DNA from: a virus
Lineage: Duplodnaviria > Caudoviricetes
Virus record (IMG/VR): IMGVR_UViG_3300031784_000006
Length of the DNA stretch: 64,000 nucleotides
Direction: 5' to 3' (one strand)
Shown: positions 29,770-39,226 of the stretch, one piece after another
Layout of the letters: every line of letters starts with the position of its first letter
Numbering within the stretch: position 1 is the stretch's first letter
Position numbers and translations under genes: made by a program
Notes under the pieces: generated by a model
Told to the model about the DNA's origin: nothing
Database searches by the model: none
The model's input: only the letters and a program-made list of their open reading frames with translations

Positions 29770-30096
29770 TTACCGTTCTATATAACTCAATGTATGGTTC
29801 TGTGCATACAACTGCTCTATGATAATATCACATCCAATCTTGGGATTACAATCACCGCAAGTATATACATCCACAGCGGCTTTACCTTCTTCTGGCCATG
29901 TATGAATGCTGATATGACTTTCTGATAATAAACAGATTACAGTTACCCCTTGTGGTTCAAACTTTTTTGATATTGTTTGAACCACTGTGGCACCGCTGGC
30001 AATTGCGGCATTTTCTAATAAATCTATAAGACAACGCTCATCGTCCAAAAGAACAAATGAGCAACCATATAAGTTAAGTAGATAATGTTTTCCCAT
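29770..30096 (-). CDS. speD: Pyruvoyl-dependent S-adenosylmethionine decarboxylase family
   Basis: F.PQGVT...LLSESHISIHTWPE...DVYTCG. Confidence 0.9.
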   Translation of the reverse strand: MGKHYLLNLYGCSFVLLDDERCLIDLLENAAIASGATVVQTISKKFEPQGVTVICLLSESHISIHTWPEEGKAAVDVYTCGDCNPKIGCDIIIEQLYAQNHTLSYIER

Positions 30097-30748
30097 TTAA
30101 TTTTCTCCAGAAAACAGGATCAGAAAACATCATTTCTCTATTAACTAATCCTGGTATATTTTTACTTGTAATTGTAATGTCATAGGTTATAGAAATTCTA
30201 GGTGTTTCTCCATAATAGTCATCTACCCAATGACGCAAAGATGAAGGAAACATCAAACAGTTATTAGTAATAGCAGGAATAGAGATTGTACCTTCTTCGA
30301 ATGGAACAGTCCCATCCCACCAATCCAATCTACGTTTAAAATATAATTGACCGGTTTTATTGTCAGGCTCAGTCTGTAAGTAATAAACAAAACTAATGTG
30401 AGAATTTGGATGAGAATGGGGAAATAATCCAACATCTCCATTTTTTAAAATAACAGGCCAGCATTTTTGCACATAGAAGTTACATTTATCACTTTCTATA
30501 CCATATACGTCAATAAATTCTAAAAGCATTTTATTGACTTCATTATTTAACCAATCAAATTCTTTAAAAGTATGCAATTTGTCAAAGCAGACTTTATCAC
30601 CAACATAACTTGTATTTGAGTCAGATTCCAAATATTCATTCTCTTCATATTTAATTATTTCCTTCATCCCAAAAACAGTTTGTTCTGATGGAGATGATTT
30701 ATTTACTAAAACAGGACAGTAAAAAGTATCAAATATTTCCATTATCAA
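30074..30748 (-). CDS. 2OG-Fe(II) oxygenase (TIGR02466-like)
   Basis: HSHPNS.ISFVYYL ... FPS.L.H.V ... RISI.Y. Confidence 0.8.
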   Translation of the reverse strand: MIMEIFDTFYCPVLVNKSSPSEQTVFGMKEIIKYEENEYLESDSNTSYVGDKVCFDKLHTFKEFDWLNNEVNKMLLEFIDVYGIESDKCNFYVQKCWPVILKNGDVGLFPHSHPNSHISFVYYLQTEPDNKTGQLYFKRRLDWWDGTVPFEEGTISIPAITNNCLMFPSSLRHWVDDYYGETPRISITYDITITSKNIPGLVNREMMFSDPVFWRKLNGKTLST

Positions 30749-30944
30749 GTTCTTGCTCCAAATCGTCCAATAAAGAACTTATAATTGTCTCATTACCATC
30801 CATGGTTTTAATTTTATATAAAGAGGAATTTCTATATTTTTTAATTTTTTTATATCTTTTTAAAAGTTTAGTGACTTCATCATCATTAATAATTACTACT
30901 GCTTTACCATTCTTTGCTCTTTCAGCACCAAATCCTGCACTCAT
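30729..30944 (-). CDS. Hypothetical protein
   Basis: Co-oriented, overlapping ORF. Confidence 0.55.
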   Translation of the reverse strand: MSAGFGAERAKNGKAVVIINDDEVTKLLKRYKKIKKYRNSSLYKIKTMDGNETIISSLLDDLEQELDNGNI

Positions 30945-31279
30945 TTTCTTTTCTTTTTCTCTGGTTGTTTATATCCCCAAAGTTTTGGATTAGTTCTACC
31001 ATATCCAAAATCAATCTTTTTAACGGCACCGGGACCATACTTGTCATAATACATATCAAAAAGATTCACTCGTTTGGGGCAACGAGTTAGATCGATGTAT
31101 TCTTCACCATCTACAATATACCAAATTAAATATGCATCATTTGGAAGTGAAGAATCCTTTGCCTTTTCTACAGTAGTTTTTTCTAGAAGAATTTCGCATC
31201 CATATTCATGAGGCAGAACTTTATTGATTTTAGATTTATTTTCTGCCATTCTTTCTTTCCCCTCTATTACTACACTCAT
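30941..31279 (-). CDS. Conserved hypothetical cyanophage protein
   Basis: LPNDAYL..Y ... FD.YYD.YG ... GYG..NPKLWG; start uncertain. Confidence 0.6.
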   Translation of the reverse strand: MSVVIEGKERMAENKSKINKVLPHEYGCEILLEKTTVEKAKDSSLPNDAYLIWYIVDGEEYIDLTRCPKRVNLFDMYYDKYGPGAVKKIDFGYGRTNPKLWGYKQPEKKKRK

Positions 31280-31845
31280 GAACGACCACCCCATTGAATA
31301 TCGGGGTATGCTTCTTTAACATTTTCAAAAGATATCTTATATTTACTGGTAAGATTTTTATCTTTTGTAAGGATTAATACTTCTGCTTCTTTTGGATGAA
31401 GACCCTGAAGTAGGTTTATAAACATCATTTCTCTGCGAATTGTTGTCAAAGAATCATTTCCACCCTTTAGGTAATGGTAAAGATTTTGATACTCTCTGCG
31501 AAGAGATGTTTTTCCTCTACCATCAAGGTCTTGACCAGTTGCAGATTCTCCTCCCAAAGATTCTCTTTTTAGATTTTCGGAAAGAGTACCTGAATATACA
31601 GACTGTTCTTCAGCATTTGCATATGGCACTTCGCCTTCAGGAAGAAGAGAAATTACGGAATCATCAAAGTTCCAAATAAAAATGGATTTTAATGAGTCAT
31701 GTTCGTATGTTTTAAGAACTTCAACTTTCTTTGCATTAGATTTTTGCTTTGATGCGAGTTCTAATACTTCAAATATAAAAGGATTTGTTGGAAGAGTCTC
31801 GATATTATCTTGACTCCTCTTCGTCTTCGTCGTCGTAGTCATAAT
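31276..31845 (-). CDS. Conserved T4-like hypothetical protein
   Basis: WNFD......LPEGEVPY ... RRE.MFI.LL.GLHP.EAE. Confidence 0.65.
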   Translation of the reverse strand: MMTTTTKTKRSQDNIETLPTNPFIFEVLELASKQKSNAKKVEVLKTYEHDSLKSIFIWNFDDSVISLLPEGEVPYANAEEQSVYSGTLSENLKRESLGGESATGQDLDGRGKTSLRREYQNLYHYLKGGNDSLTTIRREMMFINLLQGLHPKEAEVLILTKDKNLTSKYKISFENVKEAYPDIQWGGRS

Positions 31846-32041
31846 CGTAATCGTTTTCAAATCGTACAGATACTATTTCGTCAGGTATTATTTGCCCATT
31901 TTCATCGAAGAACTCTGGATGCAAATATGGAGGTTTTGATTCTAACAAATATCTATAGGTTAACCAACCTATTATACCTCCTACCATAAAAAAGAGCAAT
32001 GTGAACATCGTGACAAATGTTATTACATATGCTGTTTCCAT
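31805..32041 (-). CDS. Small membrane protein with acidic tail
   Basis: N-terminal transmembrane helix; HPEFFDENG motif. Confidence 0.65.
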   Translation of the reverse strand: METAYVITFVTMFTLLFFMVGGIIGWLTYRYLLESKPPYLHPEFFDENGQIIPDEIVSVRFENDYDYDYDDEDEEESR

Positions 32042-32059
32042 TTTTCTTCTCCAGAGAGT

Positions 32060-32240
32060 TTATTTTTTCTTGATATCAAAATGAAATTCTATAAAAAAAT
32101 GAAACTCTCTGCGGAAGAGAGAAATCATTTTACCAAACTTCATTTTAAAAGTTTTTGGTTTTTCTGATTTCTTCCTCCTATTGCGTAGCAATAACTCAAC
32201 ACCCCTGTTAATTTGGGGTTCTGACTTATTTAGTTTTCTT
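32060..32240 (-). CDS. Hypothetical basic protein
   Basis: C-terminal part of the listed ORF (INRGVELLLR...F..EFHF); start uncertain. Confidence 0.5.
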
Positions 32241-32585
32241 CTTTCTCCTTCCTGGCCTTTTGTCATGACTATATCTCCAGGCATCCTCAAGAATACCATG
32301 TAGGTAATTTCTTATTTTTCTTGCTTGTGGTTTTGGAATATGACCATATCCCTCTCGAAGTTGTTTATGAATTTCATCCGATCCCCCCTCAAGATAATCA
32401 TCAAGATCCATTACAAGATTACTCAACTCATGTGCTGTGTTACTTTCAATAAACTCTTCAACTTCAACTCTTTTTGTCCCACGAACTTTCAAATAATCAT
32501 AAAATCCTAAAACAAATTGACCATTGAAAGCATAGTCAATTGCTTTTTCTACGTCATTGCAAACTTCATGCAGATTATTATCCAT
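32226..32585 (-). CDS. Conserved hypothetical cyanophage protein
   Basis: AIDYAF ... REGYGHIPKPQARKIRNYL. Confidence 0.6.
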   Translation of the reverse strand: MDNNLHEVCNDVEKAIDYAFNGQFVLGFYDYLKVRGTKRVEVEEFIESNTAHELSNLVMDLDDYLEGGSDEIHKQLREGYGHIPKPQARKIRNYLHGILEDAWRYSHDKRPGRRKKKTK

Positions 32586-32821
32586 TAAACTAGATTTTGC
32601 TCCTTTAAATATTGAACTGTATCTGTACACCCACCAATGTGTTGGTCATTTACAATCACTTGAGGAAAAGTAGAACCCTCCCCAAATTCTGCGTAGAATT
32701 CATTACGATTGAAATCTACTCCAAGTTTATAGACTACATACTGTAGTTCTGCCAACTCTAGCACCTGTTGGACTTTTGTGCAATATGGACAACCATCTTT
32801 TGAATAAACTGTAAACTTCAT
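32585..32821 (-). CDS. nrdC: Glutaredoxin
   Basis: CPYC; TFPQV; IGGC.D. Confidence 0.92.
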   Translation of the reverse strand: MKFTVYSKDGCPYCTKVQQVLELAELQYVVYKLGVDFNRNEFYAEFGEGSTFPQVIVNDQHIGGCTDTVQYLKEQNLV

Positions 32822-32842
32822 AATTCTTTATAAAACTGAAAG

Positions 32843-33136
32843 TTATTTAGCGTTAACTGGAATTCCTTGACCTTCGGGCAACCACACTTGTTGCTGAAGT
32901 TCTATATGAGGTAGTTCTTCTTTTGCTGCAGGTAGTCCTTGTTGTCCAGGAAGTTGTTTATCTGTTGTTGATTTTACTGTAATCACCTGGTCCATAATGA
33001 ACTTTTGTTTTCTATAAGTTCTTCTATCTGGTTGTAACTCAAAGAGCATTATTGCATCTCCTTCACTTCCACAATGAGCAATGACTTTACCAGTGATTTT
33101 ATCCGTCACCACCCAATAATCAATAATCATATACAT
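32843..33136 (-). CDS. Hypothetical protein
   Basis: Co-oriented ORF. Confidence 0.6.
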   Translation of the reverse strand: MYMIIDYWVVTDKITGKVIAHCGSEGDAIMLFELQPDRRTYRKQKFIMDQVITVKSTTDKQLPGQQGLPAAKEELPHIELQQQVWLPEGQGIPVNAK

Positions 33137-33247
33137 TCTTTTTTTGTTCTTTTGATTTATTATAATTCCTTACTGGCGGTCTGTAAAGGTTAGGCCAAGT
33201 GTCTCTGATGATTTCAGAAAGTTTATATGATGTTTCTGAAGTAATCA

Positions 33248-33409
33248 TTAAAATCTACCAGGAGTATAATTCATTCCTTCAAGGAGTTCATCTAACATTG
33301 TACCATACTCTTTAAATCTTTTGTCACCAGCAATGAAACATCTCTGACGCATCCAAAGAGCATCTGCCAAAAGTTTAATTTGGTCTTCTGAAAGTGTTAG
33401 GTTTTTCAT
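33248..33409 (-). CDS. Small hypothetical protein, 53 aa (MKNLTLSEDQIKLLADALWMRQR...)
   Basis: Hand translation; its stop overlaps the next small ORF (MITSETSYKL...). Confidence 0.55.
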   Translation of the reverse strand: MKNLTLSEDQIKLLADALWMRQRCFIAGDKRFKEYGTMLDELLEGMNYTPGRF

Positions 33410-33527
33410 GATTGTTAGGGTAGTGATAGTGGTCTGTCATTGACATTAGAAACATAAAGATTCCAAAGAGTTGGAATAGTATGAGAATAAGAAGCATAAA
33501 AAAAGGAGTTCAGAGAACTCCTTGTAT

Positions 33528-33974
33528 TTATTTTAACCTCTGTAGATTCTCCACTAAAGTTTTAAGTTCTGTTAGAGTTGCATCATTTTTAAGAGTATTG
33601 GCTCTGTTGCTGATTACCCACACATTACCTTTGATATATCCTTTGGAAGAATCAATACGATCTAATGATGGTGATTCCATAGGAGTGCCTAACAAAGGGC
33701 AGGTGTCTGGAATAACAATATCTTCTTTTGTGATATTAAAATCCAGACCCTTTTGCTTTGCTCTATATTTTGCTCGAGACCACATAGGTGATCTTGGATC
33801 TTGTCCTGTCTTACGAAGTGATTTGGCATAACATCCACAAGATACTGTTTGTCCAGGTTTCATAGATGATCTACGAACTGTTTTTATAGTTCCACAATCA
33901 CATTGAACTTTACAATATCTGTGAAGTTTATCAGACCATTCATCAAGAACAGTAAGCATTCCTATCTTTTCCAT
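33528..33974 (-). CDS. Free-standing HNH-type endonuclease downstream of psbD
   Basis: Zn knuckle CDCG/SCGC; SLDRIDSSKGYIKGNV.VIS.RAN.LK. Confidence 0.8.
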   Translation of the reverse strand: MEKIGMLTVLDEWSDKLHRYCKVQCDCGTIKTVRRSSMKPGQTVSCGCYAKSLRKTGQDPRSPMWSRAKYRAKQKGLDFNITKEDIVIPDTCPLLGTPMESPSLDRIDSSKGYIKGNVWVISNRANTLKNDATLTELKTLVENLQRLK

Positions 33975-34003
33975 AATTCTACCACACGATAGAATTATTT
34001 ATA

Positions 34004-35065
34004 TTATAATGCATTTCCGCGAGGTAAAACTTCTTCTGGAAATACAAATTGCTCGTGAGGTTGGTCTACTGGTGCCATCCAAGCACGAAGACCTTCATTA
34101 AGAAGTATATTTTTTGTGTAAAATGTCTCAAATTCCGGATCTTCTGCTGCTCTGATTTCCTGACTTACAAAGTCGTAAGCACGCAGATTAAGAGCAAGAC
34201 CGATGATACCGATACTGGAAGTCCAAAGACCCATAACAGGGACGAAAAGCATAAAGAAATGCAACCAACGCTTATTACTGAAAGCAATACCAAAAATCTG
34301 CGACCAGAATCGGTTTGCAGTAACCATTGAATAGGTTTCCTCTTCTTGAGTTGGTTCAAATCCTTTAAATGTGTTTGCTTGGTCTCCATCTTCATACAGC
34401 GTGTTTTCTACAGTTGCTCCATGAATCGCACAGAGCAGTGCTCCACCCAGTATACCAGCAACTCCCATCATATGGAAGGGGTTAAGGGTCCAGTTGTGGA
34501 AACCTTGTAGGAAGAGCAGGAACCTGAAGATGGCAGCAACCCCAAAGGAAGGGGCGAAGAACCAACTGGATTGACCCAGAGGATACATCAGGAACACAGA
34601 AACGAATACTGCAATAGGACCAGAGAATGCAATTGCGTTGTAAGGACGGATGCCTACAAGACGGGCAATCTCAAACTGGCGAAGCATGAATCCAATTAGG
34701 CTGAAAGCCCCGTGGAGCGCCACAAAAGTCCAGAGTCCCCCAAGTTGGCACCACCTGATGAAATCCCCTTGAGACTCAGGACCCCAAAGTAGAAGAAGAG
34801 AATGACCCATAGAATCTGCAGGCGTTGACACAGCAGCCGTAAGGAAATTAGCCCCCTCAAGGTAACTAGACGCCAACCCGTGGGTGTACCAACTCGTAAC
34901 AAACGTTGTGCCAGTAAGCCAGCCACCAAGGGCAAGATAAGCAGTGGGAAAAAGTAGTAATCCAGACCAACCCACAAATACAAAGCGATCTCGTTTAAGC
35001 CAGTCATCCAAGACATCGAACCATCCTCGTTGTTGAATTGGTTGTGAAAGTGTTGAAGAAGTCAT
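34004..35065 (-). CDS. psbD: Photosystem II D2 protein
   Basis: [23 protein letters not shown] ... [10 protein letters not shown]. Confidence 0.98.
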   Translation of the reverse strand: MTSSTLSQPIQQRGWFDVLDDWLKRDRFVFVGWSGLLLFPTAYLALGGWLTGTTFVTSWYTHGLASSYLEGANFLTAAVSTPADSMGHSLLLLWGPESQGDFIRWCQLGGLWTFVALHGAFSLIGFMLRQFEIARLVGIRPYNAIAFSGPIAVFVSVFLMYPLGQSSWFFAPSFGVAAIFRFLLFLQGFHNWTLNPFHMMGVAGILGGALLCAIHGATVENTLYEDGDQANTFKGFEPTQEEETYSMVTANRFWSQIFGIAFSNKRWLHFFMLFVPVMGLWTSSIGIIGLALNLRAYDFVSQEIRAAEDPEFETFYTKNILLNEGLRAWMAPVDQPHEQFVFPEEVLPRGNAL

Positions 35066-35090
35066 AACCTCCCATGTATTTCTCATATTT

Positions 35091-35119
35091 AGTTTACATT
35101 AGTTTACAAAAGAAGTCAA
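35091..35119 (-). promoter_or_regulatory. psbD promoter overlapped by an HLR1-like direct repeat
   Basis: TTGACT-17-TAAACT; + strand TTTACATT-AG-TTTACAAA. Confidence 0.7.
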
Positions 35120-35125
35120 TGAGTA

Positions 35126-35638
35126 TTAGTTCTTATAGCACCAATGATGCTTTCCATAATGCTCAACTGCTTTTCTAGTGTTTTGTCTTGGAGTAACATA
35201 TTCCAGATTATCCAATCTATTATTCGTAAAGTCGTGGTCTTTATGGTTTATATAGATACACTCTCTTACTATTTGTTTTATACTTTCAGGAGTTCTTTCC
35301 CATTCTTCAATTGGAACTGGCGGATTTTCATCAATGGGACAAAAAGTTTCCATTACCAATTGATGAACTCTTCTATCTCTTGTAATGCTATTTTTACTGG
35401 ATGCAGTTAATCTATATTCATAATCAAAAAAACCTTTCGGAAAAGTCAAAGATATACTCATTCCCCTATTTTGTTTTCTTGCTTTTTTAATCTTTCTAAA
35501 ATTGGGGTCAAAAATCCAACCAATATTTCCTCCACATTGTTTTTTATGAGTAACTATATTCCCATAATTTGATACAGAATATCCTTCATAAACTTTTCCA
35601 TCAACTACAATGTTTTTCCATTCTTCTTTCATAATCAA
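35126..35638 (-). mobile_element. NUMOD4-HNH homing endonuclease
   Basis: EEWK.I...Y.VSN.G; VHQLVM..F; INHKD....NNRLDNLEYVT..QN. Confidence 0.88.
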
Positions 35639-36222
35639 TTAGTTTTTAATTTCAGATTTGCGTAATCTATAACTTCTTGTATCGGTAGTTCTTTTACAAA
35701 ATGCTCTGAACCACCTATTATACCATCAATTTTATTTTGATGATGTTTGTATGTATCTAGGATATATCTTTCACAATCAAATACCTCCTTATGAGATGCT
35801 TTCCATTCACCAAGTTCTTTTACAGTTTCTGTGAACCTATATTTTATTCCGTGAAAAGACCTACCTATCTTATAAGTTCCATAGATTGTTTCTATAAAAT
35901 AAAGGTAATCTTCTCTGTCTGCCCATTCTTCCTTAAAACCAAAAAATCCATAACTCTTTGATACACCAACAGTTCCAGCATTCCAAGTTGGTTTTCCAAA
36001 TGCAGGATTATTTTTTCCAACTTTTGATTTCCTCTTACAACAGAATGCTTCTCCACCTTTTTCATAAGTAACAATAAAGTTTCTTATACTCATATTTCGT
36101 TGACCTGTGCAGGGACAACTTACAATCACATCAGCAGAACGACGAACAAGTTTTTCGGGAAGATGAATTAGTTCCAATCCTCTTCTATCACATTCAGATA
36201 TTACTAGTTGGTGCAAATCCAT
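35635..36222 (-). mobile_element. GIY-YIG/T5orf172-like endonuclease
   Basis: NUMOD-like GKNNPAFGK; YLYFI...YKIG.S.....RF ... E..I ... SEHF. Confidence 0.65.
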
Positions 36223-36269
36223 AAAGGTTGCTCATAACTTTCCATAACTATTTATACATTATACCATAA

Positions 36270-36298
36270 AAAAAGAGACCCGTAAAGGGTCTCTCGTT
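36270..36298 (-). terminator. psbA terminator
   Basis: GAGACCC-TTTAC-GGGTCTC followed by a T-tract. Confidence 0.85.
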
Positions 36299-36301
36299 TT
36301 A

Positions 36302-36373
36302 TCAACCGATTGCGGGAGCAGTTAGAGCAACAGGAGTTGCTTCTGCGGCAGCAAGGTCAAGTGGGAAGTTGTG
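36302..36373 (-). CDS. psbA: psbA exon 2 (HNFPLDLAAAEATPVALTAPAIG)
   Basis: D1 C-terminus resumes in frame after the intron-terminal G. Confidence 0.95.
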   Translation of the reverse strand, partial: HNFPLDLAAAEATPVALTAPAIG

Positions 36374-36631
36374 CAATTGTGTTATCGTAGTGGTTCTTTA
36401 TCCTCTACTTCTTACTGTCGCCAGTAAGTTCAGACTATCTCTTCATCCTTATGTTTATTAAGGAGTCGGGCATTCGTGGGTAGATTATTGTTGGGACTCA
36501 CTACCTAGTCGTTAGACCTTTCAGAAAACTTAAACCCTTTCTGACTTGGTACGGGATTGTCTCATAGAGAGTTTCCCCGTTTAACCCGATTTTACTAATG
36601 CCTATTACTAGGCAAGAACACCAACAAATCT
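36374..36631 (-). mobile_element. Group I self-splicing intron in psbA (258 nt, no internal ORF)
   Basis: Exon ends in U, intron ends in G; IGS GGTGTTCTT pairs with exon AGGAACGCT; core-like AAATCGGG, ACGACTAG, AAGAGATAGTCT. Confidence 0.92.
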
Positions 36632-37639
36632 AGCGTTCCTTTCGTGCATTACCTCCATGCCCAGACCAGCACGGTTAAGTACATCAGCCCAGGTATTAAC
36701 AACACGGCTCTGACTATCCAGAATACTCTGGTTAAAATTCAGACCGTTGAGATTAAAAGCCATCGTAGAAACACCAAGAGCGGTGAACCAGATGCCTACA
36801 ACAGGCCAGGCAGCAAGGAAGAAGTGCAGCGAACGTGAGTTATTAAAGGAAGCATATTGGAAAATAAGGCGTCCGAAATAACCGTGAGCAGCAACGATGT
36901 TGTATGTCTCTTCTTCTTGTCCGAACTTATAACCGTAGTTCTGTGACTCATTCTCGGTGGTTTCACGAACCAGTGAAGAAGTAACCAGAGAACCGTGCAT
37001 CGCAGAGAACAGTGAACCACCGAAGACACCAGCAACTCCAAGCATGTGGAAGGGGTGCATCAGAATGTTATGTTCTGCCTGGAACACAAGCATGTAGTTG
37101 AAAGTACCAGAGATACCCAGGGGCATCGCATCAGAGAAAGAACCTTGACCAAAAGGATACACCAGGAACACTGCAGAAGCAGCAGCAACAGGTGCGCTGT
37201 AAGCAACACAGATCCAAGGACGCATTCCAAGACGATAGGAAAGTTCCCACTCACGACCCATATAAGCATAGATACCGATCAGAAAGTGGAAGACGACCAG
37301 TTGGAAAGGTCCTCCATTATATAGCCACTCATCCAGAGAAGCAGCTTCCCAAATTGGGTAAAAGTGCAGTCCAATAGCATTGGACGAAGGGATAACAGCA
37401 CCAGAGATGATGTTGTTTCCATACATAAGTGAACCAGCAACGGGTTCACGGATACCATCAATGTCCACAGGAGGAGCACCGATGAAGGCGATGATGAAAC
37501 AAGTTGTAGCAGCAAGTAGGCAAGGAATCATAAGGACTCCGAACCAACCGACATACAGACGATTATCGGTTGAAGTAACCCAGTTGCAGAATTGTTCCCA
37601 AGTATTTGATTGTCGTTGACGTGAAATTGTAGCAGTCAT
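36632..37639 (-). CDS. psbA: Photosystem II D1 protein, exon 1
   Basis: [21 protein letters not shown] ... MHERNA; REWE gives Glu at D1-130 (high-light type). Confidence 0.98.
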
Positions 37640-37801
37640 TTGTTTAAAAGAGTAGTAAGACCATCAGGGAAATGGTGGAGTTACTATGCTCCCGCCACCC
37701 TCAGGCGGGATATGAGAGACGTACTTTATACTCCCCATAGGTCTCGGTTAATGGGAGTTGCAATGTAACGAATTATGAGGAATCCGTAACATTTGTTTAC
37801 C

Positions 37802-37835
37802 TATTTATCATACTACGGTCTGTTACGCCTGTCAA
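37802..37835 (-). promoter_or_regulatory. psbA sigma70 promoter with overlapping late promoter
   Basis: TTGACA-17-TATGAT fused to ATAAATA. Confidence 0.8.
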
Positions 37836-37881
37836 GCCCTTTCTGCTAAATACTTCCAGTGTTCATTCACAATAAAAGAAA

Positions 37882-38343
37882 ATGAAAAGACTTCTATTAG
37901 CCTTTTCGTTATTCTTCGCTATCCCAGTTAATGCTGCTGAAATCACATCAAAAATCACTGACTCCGTACAATTGAAAGTTGATGGTGCTGCAGTTCAATC
38001 AACCCGAATCGGTGCTTCATATTCCGCATCAGGAACCAATATCCAATCCACATCCTTTGGTGGTGTAGGTGGTGCTGGAACCTACGATATCAATACTCCA
38101 GGTCAAGCATTTACTTTCTCAGAAAGTATCAATGCTGCTGACACTCCCGTTACTACTCAAACAGTTACAAATGGTGTGATTGGAACACCAAATCTCTATG
38201 GAGATAGTGTAACTCAAGTTGGTGGTGAGAAAGGAACTCTTGCAGGTACTCTTTCCCCAACTGGTGTTCCTACTGTTACTGCTGGTGGTGCAGGAACAAG
38301 TGCTACTGCTCAAAGATCCATTGAGTTAAGTGTATTCAAATGA
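37882..38343 (+). CDS. Secreted/virion hypothetical protein
   Basis: Signal peptide ending VNA; Gly/Thr/Ser-rich. Confidence 0.7.
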   Translation: MKRLLLAFSLFFAIPVNAAEITSKITDSVQLKVDGAAVQSTRIGASYSASGTNIQSTSFGGVGGAGTYDINTPGQAFTFSESINAADTPVTTQTVTNGVIGTPNLYGDSVTQVGGEKGTLAGTLSPTGVPTVTAGGAGTSATAQRSIELSVFK

Positions 38344-38705
38344 GACATTTAACTCCCGCTTTGCTTTTAGCAACGGGAGTCATTTGTACTCCCGTTTATG
38401 CTGAGAGTGTTGTGCCTAATTTTACTAGAGGTACAATCAATGCAACCACAGAATCTACAACAAGAATTGTAGAAGCAATTCGTCAAGTTGAATATACTAC
38501 TGGCGAATCTTATACTGTAACTGGTACGAACATCAACATTCCTGGAAATCCTCAAAGGGGTGCTGGTTATTCGATTATGACGCAAGGTGCTCCATTCCAG
38601 TTCAGCGAAACCTATCTCGGACCTGGAGTGGCCAAAGAAACATGGATAGACAGAACTACAGAAACAGAATCAACCACTACATCAATCTCTGTCTTTACGC
38701 AGTAA
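38340..38705 (+). CDS. Secreted hypothetical protein
   Basis: Signal peptide; VPNFT.G motif; ATGA overlap. Confidence 0.7.
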   Translation: MRHLTPALLLATGVICTPVYAESVVPNFTRGTINATTESTTRIVEAIRQVEYTTGESYTVTGTNINIPGNPQRGAGYSIMTQGAPFQFSETYLGPGVAKETWIDRTTETESTTTSISVFTQ

Positions 38706-39226
38706 TTTCGACAGGGACTGCATTTGCTCAAAGTGCTCCTGCACCTAGCAATACGAACATTGCTGGACCAAGTGCAAGTGCTACAGGAAATGTAACGAAC
38801 CAAGCAGTTCAAGTTCTTCAAGGACCATATGCCCTCAACACTTATGGTGGTGGAGTAAGTTGCCAAGGTGCAACATTTTCATTCTCCCCATTTGCTATGA
38901 GTGGCAACAATTCAAGTGAGGACCCAGAATCTTTTGCATCCAGCAGTGGAAACTGGGGACTTTCTGCAGGATTTAATATCCCATTAGATAGAAATCTAAT
39001 GAACTTATGTAGAAGAAGAGCAGAGACTGAAATTGCTAGACAGCAAGCAGAGACCGATAAAGCAAGATTAGATTTTGAGCTTGTTAGATTAATTAAATGT
39101 GGTGAAGCATATAAGAATGGAGTGATGTTCCATCCAGATAGTCCTTACTACAAAGTTTGTGCCGATGTTGTTGTGAAATACCCAAGAGTTGAGGATGTGG
39201 TCAATGGAACCAATACAACTAATTGA
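38680..39226 (+). CDS. Secreted hypothetical protein with Cys pairs
   Basis: Signal-like AFA; C-terminal RL..CGE...GV.F.P.SPY..VC.DV; start uncertain. Confidence 0.65.

Noticed and set aside
36608-36631. psbA C-terminus RFVGVLA as given by the ORF track
   Set aside because: This is intron sequence; the true C-terminus is in exon 2 at 36302..36373.
36644-37619. Many short ORFs antisense or out of frame within psbA (likewise psbD)
   Set aside because: Shadows of highly biased genes; no independent expression signals.
37786-37800. GTAACATTTGTTTAC near the psbA start as an NtcA box
   Set aside because: Spacing is GTA-N9-TAC rather than N8; not supported.
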